The notes under the pieces were generated by a model, which saw only the letters and a list, made by a program, of their open reading frames with translations, was not told the DNA's origin and did no database searches. Shown in pieces: positions 27,213-39,572 of a DNA stretch of 64,000 bases. The translations under genes and the position numbers were made by a program. This DNA comes from Octopus sinensis (Eukaryota), in the NCBI RefSeq assembly GCF_006345805.1, contig NC_043002.1:112530001-112594000 (forward strand). The letters run 5' to 3'. Positions within the stretch are counted from its first letter, which is position 1. Every line of letters begins with the position of its first letter.

Positions 27213-28858
27213 AATATATACACACATATGCATATGTATGCATGTGTGTATGTATGTATGTATGTATGCATGTATGTATGTATGCATGCATGTATGAATG
27301 TATGCATGTATTTATGTATGTATGTATGTATGTATGTATGTATGTATGTATGTATGTATGTATGTATGTATGTATGTATGTATGTTTGTATGAATGTATG
27401 TATGTATGTATGTATGTATGTATGTATGATTGTATGTATGTATGTATGTATGTATGTATGTATGTATGTATGATTGTATGTATGTATGTATGTATGAATG
27501 TATGTATGTATGTATGTATGCATGTATGATTGTATGTATGTATGTATGTATGTATGTATGTATGAATGCATGCATGTATGATTGTATGTATGTATGTATG
27601 TATGTATGTATGTATGAATGTATGTATGTATGTATGTATGCATGTATGATGTATGTATGTATGTATGTATGTATGTATGTATGTATGTATGTATGTATGA
27701 ATGCATGCATGTATGATTGTATGTATGTATGTATGTATGTATTTATGTATGCATGTATGATTGTATGTATGTATGTATGTATGTATGTATGTATGTATGT
27801 ATGCATGTATGATTGTATGTATGTATGTATGTATGTATGTATGTATGCATGTATGATGTATGTATGTATGTATGTATGTTGTATGTATGCATGTATTTAT
27901 GTATGTATGTATGCATGTATGTATGTATGTATGTATGTATGTATGTATTATGTATGTATGATGCATGTATGTATGTATGTATGTATGTATGAATGTATGT
28001 ATGTATGTATGTATGTATGCATGTATGATTGTATGTATGTATGTATGTATGTATGTATGTATGAATGCATGCATGTATGATTGTATGTATGTATGTATGT
28101 ATGTATTTATGTATGCATGTATGATTGTATGTATGTATGTATGTATGTATGTATGTATGTATGCATGTATGATTGTATGTATGTATGTATGTATGCATGT
28201 ATGATTGTATGTATGTATGTATGTATGTATGTATATATATGTATTTATGTATGTATGTATGCATGTATGTATGTATGTATGTATGTATGCATGTATGTAT
28301 GTATGCATGCATGTATGTATGTATGTATGTATGTATGTATGTATGTATGTATGTATGTATGAATGTATGTATGTATGTATGTATGTATGTATATATGTAT
28401 GTATGTATTTATGTATGTATGAATGTATGATTGTATGTATGTATGTATGTATGTATGTATGTATGTATGTATGTATGCATGTATGATTGTATGTATGTAT
28501 GTATGTATGTATGTATGTATGTGTGTATGTATGTATATATGTATGTATGTATGTATATATGTATGTATGTATGTGTGTATGTATGTATGTATATATGTAT
28601 GTATGTATGTATATATGTATGTATGTATGTATGTATGCATGTATGATTGTATGTATGTATGTATGTATCTATGTATATATGTATGTGTGTATGTATGTAT
28701 GTATGTATGTATGTATATATGTATGTGTGTATGTATGTATGTATGTATGTATGTATGTATGTATGAATGTATGTATGTATGTATGTATGTATGTATGTAT
28801 GTATGTATGTATGTATTTATGTATGTATGTATTTATGTATGTATGTATGTATGTATGT
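27213..28858. repeat. 1.65-kb (TATG)n tetranucleotide array with recurring variant units
   Basis: Direct reading. It is the source of the many YVCM/HTYI pseudo-ORFs. Confidence 0.98.
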
Positions 28859-28861
28859 TTA

Positions 28862-29027
28862 TAGGTGTGGCTGTGTGGTAAGAAGCTTGCTTCCCAATCG
28901 CACTGTTCCGCGTTCCGTCCCACTGCTAGCATCTTGGGCGCGTGTCTTCTACTGTAGTCTCGGGCCGACCAATGCCTTGTGAGTGGATTTAGTAGACGGA
29001 AACTGAAAGAAGCCCATCGTATATATA

Positions 29028-29064
<37 letters not shown>

Positions 29065-29228
29065 TCTTTTACTCTTTTACTTGTTTCAGTCTACCAAATC
29101 CACTCACAAGGCATTGGTCGGCCCGAGGCTATAGCAGAAGACACTTGCCCAAGATGCCACGCAGTGGGACTGAACCCGGAACCATGTGGTTGGTTAGCAA
29201 GCTACTTACCACACAGCCACTCCTGCGC
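28862..29228. mobile_element. Two convergent family B SINE heads separated by (TA)n; the minus copy is internally deleted
   Basis: Plus head 28862-29020. Minus copy 29062-29228 has tail joined to head at TTTCAGT|CTACCAAATCC. Confidence 0.82.
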
Positions 29229-29440
29229 CGATGAACCATTTTTTAACAATTTTACATCAATAATGGAAATTAAAATATTTATATTGTTTCCTTCCGTTAT
29301 AACTGTGGCAGAATGAGTTTAGAAAAGAATGCATACGTTGTTAAGCCTACTATAATTTAGAGAGTAGCAGAGGGAATAGTGTGGTCAATATGAAAAGGGT
29401 GGCGACGAAGTTACTTATATCTAGAAGACTTTATGTAGAA

Positions 29441-29836
29441 CTAGCAGTATCACCCGGCGTTGCTCGGGTTTGTAAGGGAAATAACTATATAAGCATTTTT
29501 AGAGATGTAAAGTATAATAGCCATCTCAATATGGCTAACCACAAAGGGGGGGGGTGTTACTGTAGCTTTTTACGTTCTGAGATTTAATAATACATTTTTA
29601 GAGAGTTACTTCCCTTATATATGCCAAAAATGCATAAAAAATGGGGAAAATTGATGGTAATTTTTTTTAAATCGTAGACTCATCGTAGACGCGCGCTAAT
29701 ACCCAGAAGGGCTCGATATGAATCACGACTATAAGATACCCGGTTTTGGTTAAACTGCACCGCAAAATGTGGGTGTAGTTATGAATCTAAATCGTAGGAG
29801 ACAGACAGCACACAACCTCTCTTTTATATATAAAGA
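29441..29836 (-). mobile_element. Non-autonomous Helitron-like element (~396 bp)
   Basis: On the minus strand: A|TC 5' end, subterminal hairpin CCCGAGCAACGCCGGG, CTAG|T 3' end, no TSD. Near-identical to 37946-38342. Confidence 0.85.
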
Positions 29837-30180
29837 TGTAGTCTTCAACCATTTGGAATGAAGTCCGTTGGGGGTTGTCAACGGTGTTCTAGTTAATGGC
29901 GACAAATCAGTTAATGTCAGACATTCCACCAGTGTACCATTGTATCTGCACCATACATTTAGCTTTGTCTACATAAAAGGGTGGGTTGCAGGGTTGGTAG
30001 TAAGAAAACGTCTGATGGAGAAGGGGTGGTAACTGGAAGACTGAAGGACAGGGTGGCCAGTACATATTTAGATTATCAAATAAAGGGAAATATAATGAAA
30101 AAACCATGAGAGATAAGTAATATAGACTTTAGGAGTGGAAATTAGAATTGAAAGATCGGTGTGGTGGTAAATTATAACTT

Positions 30181-30410
30181 GGCGAGCTGGCAGAAACGTT
30201 AGCACGCCGGATGAAATGCTTAGCGGTATTTCGTCTGTCGTTACGTGCTGAGTTCAAATTCCGCCGAGGTTGACTTTGCCTTTCATCCTTTCGGGGTCGA
30301 TAAATTAAGTACCAGTTCCGCACTGGGGTCGATGTAATCGATTTAATACCTATGTCTGTCTTTGTTTGTCCCCTCTGTGTTTAGCCCCTTGTGGGTAATA
30401 AAGAAATAGG
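30181..30410 (+). mobile_element. SINE family A flanked by a ~185-bp direct duplication
   Basis: 29996-30180 is repeated at 30409-30595 with 2 substitutions and a 2-nt A-run difference. Confidence 0.92.
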
Positions 30411-31182
30411 TAGTAAGAAAACGTCTGATGGAGAAGGAGTGGTAACTGGAAGACTGAAGGACAGGGTGGCCAGTACATATTTAGATTATCAAATAAAGGG
30501 AAATACAATGAAAAAAAACCATGAGAGATAAGTAATATAGACTTTAGGAGTGGAAATTAGAATTGAAAGATCGGTGTGGTGGTAAATTATAACTTAGCAA
30601 ATTTATAATATTAAACGGAGAAAATTTTAATCAATATATAGAATAAGGATAGAAATTAAATTTAAAACTTGATATTGGGATACCTTAATATATAAGAAAA
30701 AATATTAATAATATTTCAAGCATATTATTTAGAAGGTCATGATAAAGACATTCTAAAATGAATGTATGACACAATTTGAATATCATATGGGTAGAAGTAC
30801 ATAATACATTTTAAAGCAATAAAAAGAGCTATTCTCTTCATTACAGGTGGATAAGTATAAGATATCGTAAAATATAGTATCGAATATAAGGGTTAATTGA
30901 AATAGAGGTATGCTAAATGCATAAGGGAGCACAAGCGGAAGCAATATCTTAACCGATTTGGGCATGCAAACATTTAATGAATACAATCCCATTTAATCCG
31001 CCCAAGAGCAGATATCTTCATTTAGCTGTGTTACGTTGTCTACAAACTCAACAGGAATATTGGGTACAAATACCCCTTGATATTCAATATTCAAATAATA
31101 TTGTTGGGGTGTGCAAATTATACCGAACTAGCAAGGTCCCTCAATTTAAATACCTAAATTCAACTGAGTCTTAACTATATAT

Positions 31183-31382
31183 ATACGACGGGCTTCTTTC
31201 AGCTTCTGTCTACCAAATCCACTCGCAAGACCTTGGTCGGCTAGGGGCTGTAGTAGAAGGCGCTTAACCAAAATGCGGAATCAAAATACGGGACCAAAGA
31301 CACTTGACCAAAACACTATGGGATGGGATCGGAACCACATGGTTGTGATGCAGGTTTCTCACCACATAGCCTTGCCTGCGCG
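31183..31382 (-). mobile_element. Diverged family B SINE head
   Basis: ACGACGGGCTTCTTTCAG...TACCAAATCCACTC...ACCACATAGCC. Confidence 0.72.
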
Positions 31383-31893
31383 TTTTATATGTGTTCATTT
31401 CGATAGCGCCTATATATCTATATTATATTAAAAATGAATTTGAATCCTACTTGCTTGCAATGTTACGTAGCCAAACTAGCGTATAATAGGAAAATACTTC
31501 GAAAATAGCCTAACACTGAAAGGGATGAAACTCTAACCTTTTGATTATTTCGGTGACTTGTCAACGAAAACATACGATTTGTTTTTTTACCCTAAATGTT
31601 TCTATTTTCGCTTTTGTTAAACATAATATTTTAATCATCTACAAATATTTTAAGTGAATGTGATTTAAAAAATGTAAGTTGATTGTACAAGTAAGTATTT
31701 ATATTTTAGCTTCCTTTAAACTTTAATTAAACTTCCTTTAATCTTTTTGAAAATTACTTTTAAAAATTATCTTTAAAAATCATTAAGTGAATACCATTAC
31801 AAAAGTACTTTTTTGATATATTTTAGAAATAATTTGAAGTGAAAATGACTTTCAAAATACAGTAAATATTTCATAAAATGACTTGTTCGTAAC

Positions 31894-32311
31894 CTCGGTT
31901 TGAAATAATTTTTCCTTGCATTTTTTTCGAGTGCATTCAATATATCTCACCTACAAAGATTTGGTTGCTATTTCTAGCAACCCTACTACCACGTAACAGC
32001 TATATGCGATGAAGGACCCGAAATAGTTGTTACGTGGTTGCAGGGCGTGCAAGAAATAGCAGCCAAATCTTGCCATTTCTGCGTAAAGGAGCCGTTTACG
32101 CGCGATTTCGATGTCACATTCGTTGAAAGTATGCGAAATACCCTCGAAACGAAAAACTCACGAAACAAAACTCCGTTGGTGGGATACTCCGATATCCCTA
32201 CAACCTTCCTCCGTTTCTTTTCCAAAAGAAAGTAGCTTGCAGGGGTTTCAAGGTGAGATGCCTTGAATGCACTCGAAAAAACCCTGTAGAAAAAATTATT
32301 TCACACCGAAG
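31894..32311. repeat. Nested inverted repeats (MITE-like or Penelope pLTR-like)
   Basis: Outer arms 31894-31952 / 32251-32311. Inner arms 31958-32003 / 32023-32069. Confidence 0.8.
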
Positions 32312-32411
32312 TCCGAATAACAGAAGTTTTGTATAAATCAGATCACAGATTCCCGAGATACGCGGCTTTTTCGGGTACCTTGAACTATTGGGTCACGAGT
32401 AGTCTAGTCTA

Positions 32412-32560
32412 GTCGAGTATATATATATATATATAGGCAAATAAAAAAATGTACACACACATATATATATATATATAGGCAAATACAAAAATGTACATAT
32501 ATATATATATATATATATAGGCAAATACAAAAATGTACATATATATATATATATATAAGA
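32412..32560. repeat. Minisatellite, three copies of (AT)n-AGGCAAATA(A/C)AAAAATGTAC
   Basis: Direct reading. Confidence 0.85.
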
Positions 32561-33521
32561 AAATAAAAAAATGAAGCAAAAACAATAAAATCCCAAAAGA
32601 CGTAGACAGTGAATCCCCAGTTGAAGATGGAAAAAGGAGGTATGACTTTTGACCATAAATCTTCGTCAGAGGAAATGTCTGGAGAGAAGGAAAAAATATC
32701 CTGAGAAAAGCACGTGTGTAGCTACATGGCTGAAATATATGGGTGTGTGTGTTTGTATGGGACCAATCAAAAACGGCCCACACAAACAAACACAAACACA
32801 TGTATACACCACAATAGACCCTGGGACCAATCAAAAACGGCCCACACACGCAAGCGCAAACACATGTATATAGCACACACAGACACACACACTCACACCA
32901 TTCTGACCTCTGAGACCAGTCCCAAAAACCACTGAACCATGAAAGACTTTCCATGAAAGACCAACGATGAAAGAGAAACAAAAAAATCCTTTCAATTCCA
33001 CATTGCCCTTCCTTCCCCCCACCCAAACCAACCTCCCACACTGTCCCTTAAAATACTAAACAACCTTTAGCTTCAAAGAAAATGAAAAAATGCGAAAACA
33101 GGTCAGTTCATCACAAATTCTTTGTAAACTCCTAAATGTATCTCCTTCAGTTTATATATATACTACCAAATATGACTTTCTTTGAACTAATTACTTTTCT
33201 GTGTATATATATAGATACTTCCAAACAAACATGATTTTAAATGAAATCCTAATATTTTTAATGAACTTTTTAATATTTTCTCAAGATATTTCCTTGTAAA
33301 CTGCTTTTAACATTTTCTTATTATTATTGTCAAAGAATGTATATATGTATTGTAATATTTTGTGAACACAATAAAGCTTTTACAAAGCTTTAATTTTACT
33401 TTTGGCAATCTTTCTCTAAAAAAGTGAAAGCGGTTAAGTGAATAAACATCTTTAAATTTGCATTTTCAAACCTTCTTTCATATATATTTCCACTCGTGTG
33501 GTACCTTACAACTTCACTTTG

Positions 33522-33556
<35 letters not shown>

Positions 33557-34147
33557 AATATTAATTATAATTTACCCGGTAGTCAGTGCGGAAATTAAAA
33601 CCTCATAGGTAAATTTTACAAAATATTTTATGATTATATACATAATTATAACAAGGGATCGGCACTGCAAGCAATAGACGCTAAAGCTCCTATTGCCACC
33701 TGAAAATCTCTGAGAATAATAGACTGTATAATCAAAGGAAAAATAATGAATCAACAAAGTTCGGTTAACTCGACTTTCAAGCTTAAAGTAAATTTAAATA
33801 TTTCACTTACTGCTCTCATCAGTGGACGTATTTCATAAGATAAATTTACGAGTATTTCAAAATATGCATGCGATCGGCGACATCGCATGACAAATATCCA
33901 TTCACACTCGCAAAGATATTCCGCCAAGTGTAATTCGCAACACTCTTTTGTACCCACGTGTACTATGTTAAGATCTAGAATATATATATAGAGGTTTAAT
34001 TTCGATCCACTAGAAAGAGCAGCCAGGACTCAAACCGTCAAGTAGTAATAATTCAGAAATTAAAGGAAAATTAAAAAAACATTTACCCTATTCATCTTTA
34101 GACAATGCATTGTTTCGACGTTTTTAATGGCAAACCAGCCTAATTAA

Positions 34148-34222
<75 letters not shown>

Positions 34223-34910
34223 CTAGCTGAGGTATCCGTTAATAAATTACCGTTAACAAGATGACTGTTTATAGCCATGAAACATTTACCGTCAAATTTT
34301 GGCATTTTTCAAAAATGTTAAATCTATATTAATAGGTAGGAGCAATTTGACAAAAAATAAGCGTAGTCTGGTAGCGAAACCGTGTCATCGTCATTTTTGT
34401 GCATGTGCGTAAATTGGCAAAATTTTACGCTTTGGGGCAGATTTCATGAAATTGATATCACGACGTCTTGTGCGCAAGATGCCTAAATTTTGCTTGAGAA
34501 ATAAAATGGTCCTACCTAATCAAAACCTGAAACGCTGTGGAATTAAAACAACGAATTGAAATAATAAGTTTTAGCAAATCAAACCAATTCGCATTGAAAT
34601 GAAGAATTAGCAAATGCTAAATAGACCACCGTTAATAAGCTGTTTGTTTATACCCATGAAACATTTTTCATCAAATTTCGGCATTTTTCGTCAAATTGAT
34701 GTCATGATGGCTAGAGTGGAAAATGCCGAAATTTTACGATTTATATAAAATCGATGCTGATTAAAAATCGATTTGTTTTAAAATTCCAGTTGCGTCAGTG
34801 ACCACATAAGCAGCCCCAGACACGTGCCAACTTTCATCAAAGTCTGTTGAATAGTCTCGGAGGAGTTAAAGTAAAAAATTCACAAACACACAAACTTGCT
34901 ATTTATTAAT
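34223..34910 (-). mobile_element. Second non-autonomous Helitron-like family
   Basis: Begins A|CTAGCTGAGG on plus (CTAG|T terminus on minus), has an internal duplicated segment ACCGTTAA..CCATGAAACATTT..GGCATTTTTC, and ends in an ACAAACACACAAAC-type tract, as in HINE/Lep1-like elements. The far end is approximate. Confidence 0.5.
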
Positions 34911-34933
34911 TATTATATATATATATATATATA

Positions 34934-34977
<44 letters not shown>

Positions 34978-34986
34978 ATACACACG

Positions 34987-35026
<40 letters not shown>

Positions 35027-35089
35027 CATATATAATATATATATACATATATATATATACATATATATATATATGTTTGTATATATATA

Positions 35090-35134
<45 letters not shown>

Positions 35135-35231
35135 TATATACATATATACATATATATATATATATAATATATATATATAATATATATATATATATATTAC
35201 ATATATTATACATATATATATATATGTATAT

Positions 35232-35454
35232 TACTCTTTTACTCTTTACTCTTTTACTTGTTTCAGTCATTTGACTGCGGCCATGCTGGAGCACCGCCTT
35301 TAGTCGAGCAAATCGACCCCGGGACTTATTCTTTGTAAGCCCAGTACTTATTCTCTTTGCCGAACCGCTAGGTGACGGGGACGTAAACACACCAGCATCG
35401 GTTATCAAGCTATGCTAGGGGGACAAACACAGACACACAAACAAACACACACAT

Positions 35455-35493
<39 letters not shown>

Positions 35494-35656
35494 TACGACA
35501 GGCTTCTTTCAGTTTCTGTCTACCAAATCCACTCACAAGGCATTGGTCAGCCCGGGGCTATAGCAGAAGACACGTGCCCAAGGTGCTACGCAGTGGGACT
35601 GAACCGGAACCATGTGGTTGGTTAGCAAGCTACTTACCACACAGCCACTCCGTGCC
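35232..35656 (-). mobile_element. SINE family B embedded in long (TA)n arrays
   Basis: Full head and tail. TA arrays at 34910-35230 and 35657-35900. Confidence 0.9.
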
Positions 35657-35719
<63 letters not shown>

Positions 35720-35791
35720 TTATATATATATATATTATATATATATATTATATATATTATATAATATATATATATATATATATATTATATA

Positions 35792-35822
<31 letters not shown>

Positions 35823-35848
35823 ATATATATAATATATATATATGTTTG

Positions 35849-35879
<31 letters not shown>

Positions 35880-35909
35880 TATATATATATATATATACAT
35901 ACATACATA

Positions 35910-36040
35910 TGGCAGAATTGTTATCTCGCCGGATGGAACGCTTAGCACCTTTATGTTCTGGGTTCAAATTCAACCGAAGACGACGTTGACACTCATCCTT
36001 TTGGGGCCGTAACCCTATCCCCCAAAATTTCTAGTCTCTT
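35910..36040 (+). mobile_element. Old A' SINE remnant
   Basis: TGGCAGAATTGTTA, GGGTTCAAATTC, CATCCTTTTGGGG, CCCCAAAATTTC. Confidence 0.6.
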
Positions 36041-37348
36041 ATTGTAAAGAGAATCCTTAGTGTTTTTCACATTTTAAATTAAGTCTCCAGTTTTATTTTT
36101 AGCTTTATCATACCTGATATTCCTATAACCTTTGTAGTGGATCCTATTGCTTACACACTTGCTATTGCCACAAGAGGTGGAAGTTATCATCATAAGTGAT
36201 ATTACTTATTTTATTTTCATTATTATTTCTGAAGGAGCAGTTATGAGAACTATAATTACGGTTAAAATAATTACTATTGTAATTATTGCCTGCTAGGTAT
36301 AGTTACATCACTCCGATGATCACTTCCTTCTCTCGAACTCTGTATTCTTTATATTACACATACGTCTGTTCTCTGGGTTGTGGGAAATCCCATCCATTGC
36401 ACACTTCCTCTTCTATCCTCTCCCTTACCTCGAGTTAGTAGTTGGCCGTCATTCTCCTACATCACCCCTCCCCCTTCCCGTATATATGGTATTTATACTT
36501 AATGACACTACCACTCTATACAATGCGTGTCTATATTTTTGTAGGGTTTGTTTTTATTTCTTACTCTTCGCCTCTGATATGAATAATGTGGCCCCTTTGA
36601 TCACGTCTATTGCACCAATTACTTACAAATATAGTCGTTGTCTATAACTCTTGTGCGGACACTGAACAACTTGTACCGACTGACTCACCCATAGCCGTCT
36701 TAACTTCTCCCTCCTCTCCTTCATCCAGCCAGTTCCTCTTCCCTCTTTGTTCTCTCCACCATTCCCTTGATCACTCGATCGTTTCCCTCTACCTATATTT
36801 CCCATCACTTCACATATACACTCACATCACTTCTTCTCCCTTTCTTTCTACCCACCCCATCTTCGTACTTCAACACTTCTCACTACAATCTTCCCTTCTC
36901 ATCTCTAATGTTTTGGCCTAATATCTACTTATTTATAAACACTATCTACTATCATACATTTGTCCTTCTACTCGAGAGGGAATGCCGTGACTGAGCTGCC
37001 TGATGCTATCAAAATCCGTGCTAGTTGATACTTTACTTTATTTCAGGATTGCACCTGCTATGAATTATTTCAACCAGTCACCGACTAATCGAAACAGCTG
37101 TAACGATATAAAATGAATATATCATGTAAATTGTACGCAACTTCTTGTATCAATAATGTATTTCACCTGATACCTTTTCTCTGTCTTATTATTTCAACAC
37201 GCGCGATTTCAAGAATTCTTCTAGTCGATTGTTCTACTTCAGGACTATCTCACCCCGATGAAAGAGTTAGGACTCAAGATTCTGATTTCTCTGAGCACTA
37301 CCTGGTGACTATCCATACCGAGTTTAAACTTGCATTTTATCACCCATT

Positions 37349-37752
37349 ATTCTTTTACTCTTTTACTCTTTTACTTGTTTCAGTCAGTTGACTGCGGCCA
37401 TGCTGGAGCACCGCCTTTAGTCGAGCAAATCGACCCCAGGACTTATTCTTTGTAAGCCCAGTACTTATTCTATCGGTCTCTTTTGCCGAACCGCTAAGTG
37501 ACGGGGACGTAAACACACCAGCATCGGTTGTCAAGCAATGCTAGGGGGACAAACACAGACACACACTCATATATATATATACATATATACGACAGGCTTC
37601 TTTCAGTTTCCGTCTACCAAATCCACTCACAAGGCTTTGGTTGGCCCAAGGCTATAGTAGAAGACACTTGCCCAAGATGCCACGCAGTGTGACTGAACCC
37701 GGAACCATGTGATTGGTTAGCAAGCTACTTACCACACAGCCACTCCTGCGCC
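37349..37752 (-). mobile_element. SINE family B, young
   Basis: Full head and (GTAAAAGA)n tail. Confidence 0.93.
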
Positions 37753-37945
37753 ATTGTTTATATATATTTCAATGTAAACCATAAAATGTCAGGAAGTATG
37801 AGAAGTGAATGTATTTATTTAATCACTTGTCATCCTTATGATTACGGCTATTTTTCAGCCTTCTTCATGCAATAATAATTTCAATGTACAATAATTTATG
37901 TTTACATGTCTGCACTATTATTCATGCTACGCTTCATATAATACA

Positions 37946-38342
37946 TCTTTATATATAAAAGTGAGGTTGTGTGCTGTCTGTCTCCTACGATTTAGATTCC
38001 TAACTACTCCCACATTTTGCGGTGCAGTTTAACCAAAACCGGGTATCTTATAGTCGTGATTCATATCGAGCCCTTCTGGGTATTAGCGCGCGTCTACGAT
38101 GAGTCTACGATTTAAATAAAAAATTACCATCAATTTTTCCCATTTTTAATGCATTTTTGTCATATATAAGGGAAGTAACTCTCTAAAAATTTATTATTAA
38201 ATCTCAGAACGTAAAAAGCTACAGTAACCCCCCCCCCTTTGTGGTTAGCCATATTGAGATGGCTATTATACTTTACATCTCTAAAAATGCTTATATAGTT
38301 ATTTCCCTTACAAACCCGAGCAACGCCGGGCGATACTGCTAG
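37946..38342 (+). mobile_element. Non-autonomous Helitron-like element
   Basis: A|TC start at 37946, hairpin at 38315-38330, CTAG|T end at 38342. Confidence 0.87.
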
Positions 38343-38499
38343 TATATATATAAAGGGAAATGATGCTTAGATATGAAGCATTGGTGTAACCATGGTATTC
38401 TGGTGCTCTGATAAGCTAGGTTTCTTTATCTGCATTGATTTTTAAATATATAATTTACCAATTCGATTATTCCTCCAACATATTTGAACTAGTAAGAAG

Positions 38500-39418
38500 A
38501 CTGGTCTTCTATCGGTTACGAAGACGAGTTTTCCGGTTGATCCATTTTACAGAAAAGCCTTGTCGTGAAATTAACGTGCAAGTAGCTGACCACTCCATAG
38601 ACGCGCGAAACCTTAGCATAAGTCTCTGGAAGATTCAGCGTGACACTGAAATGCAGATACTACCTACTTTTGCCTGCTGAGAGGACTGGAGCAACGTGAA
38701 ATAAAGTGTCTTGCTCAAGGACACAACGCGCCTTACCTGTTATCGAATTCCCGACATTACAATCGTGAGCCGAATACCATAACCTGTTTCTTTATTACCC
38801 ACAAGGGGCTAAACATAGAGGGGACAAACAAGGACAGACATAGGTATTAAGTCGATTACATCGACCCCAGTGCGTAACTGGTACTTAATTTATCGACCCC
38901 GGAAGGATGAAAGGCAAAGTTGACCTTGACGGAATTTGAACTCAGAACGTAACGGCAGACGAAATACCTATTTCTTTATTACCCACAAGGGGCTAAACAT
39001 AGAGGAGACAAACAAGGACAGACATAGGTATTAAGTCGATTACATCGACCCCAGTGCGAAACTGGTACTTAATTTATCGACCCCGGAAGGATGAAAGGCA
39101 AAGTTGACCTTGACGGAATTTGAACTCAGAACGTAACGGCAGACGAAGTACCTATTTCTTTATTACCCACAAGGGGCTAAACATAGAGGAGACAAACAAG
39201 GACAGACATAGGTATTAAGTCGATTACATCGACCCCAGTGCGTAACTGGTACTTAATTTATCGAGCCCGGAAGGATGAAAGGCACAGTCGACCTCGGCGG
39301 AATTTGAACTCACAAGGTAACGGCAGACGAAATACCGCTAAGCATTTCGCCCGGCGTGCTAACGCTTCTGCCAGCTCGCCGCCTTGCCGAATACCATAAC
39401 CACTAAGCCACGCGCCTC
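38500..39418 (-). mobile_element. Family D SINE interrupted by a family A trimer
   Basis: D head 39386-39418 and remainder 38500-38784. 16-bp TSD GCCGAATACCATAACC at 38769-38784 and 39386-39401. Confidence 0.85.
38785..39385 (-). mobile_element. SINE family A, head-body-body-body trimer
   Basis: Three ~183-bp bodies with junctions AAATAGGTA(T/C)TTCGTCTG near 38968 and 39151, and a single head. Confidence 0.92.
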
Positions 39419-39572
39419 TACACATCACTGATTAGTGCTGTCATCCCGTACTTTATTTACAGCGAGCCACCGAATGGTGCAACCAGCCATTAAACAGGAA
39501 CATCATAACAGTAACCTGTCTCTTATGTCAGTTCACCTTTCCGGCCCGTGTTAGTGAGGAGGAGGTGGTAGT

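Noticed and set aside
27116-28982. Long ORFs (up to 365 aa) of HTYI/YVCM repeats, and similar ORFs at 7.3, 10.7-11.7, 19.3, 34.9, 45.5 and 47 kb
   Set aside because: They are translations of microsatellites that lack stop codons in some frames, with no coding signal.
38785-39385. CRISPR-like or satellite array
   Set aside because: The units are 183-bp SINE bodies with no unique spacers, the context is eukaryotic, and there are no cas genes.
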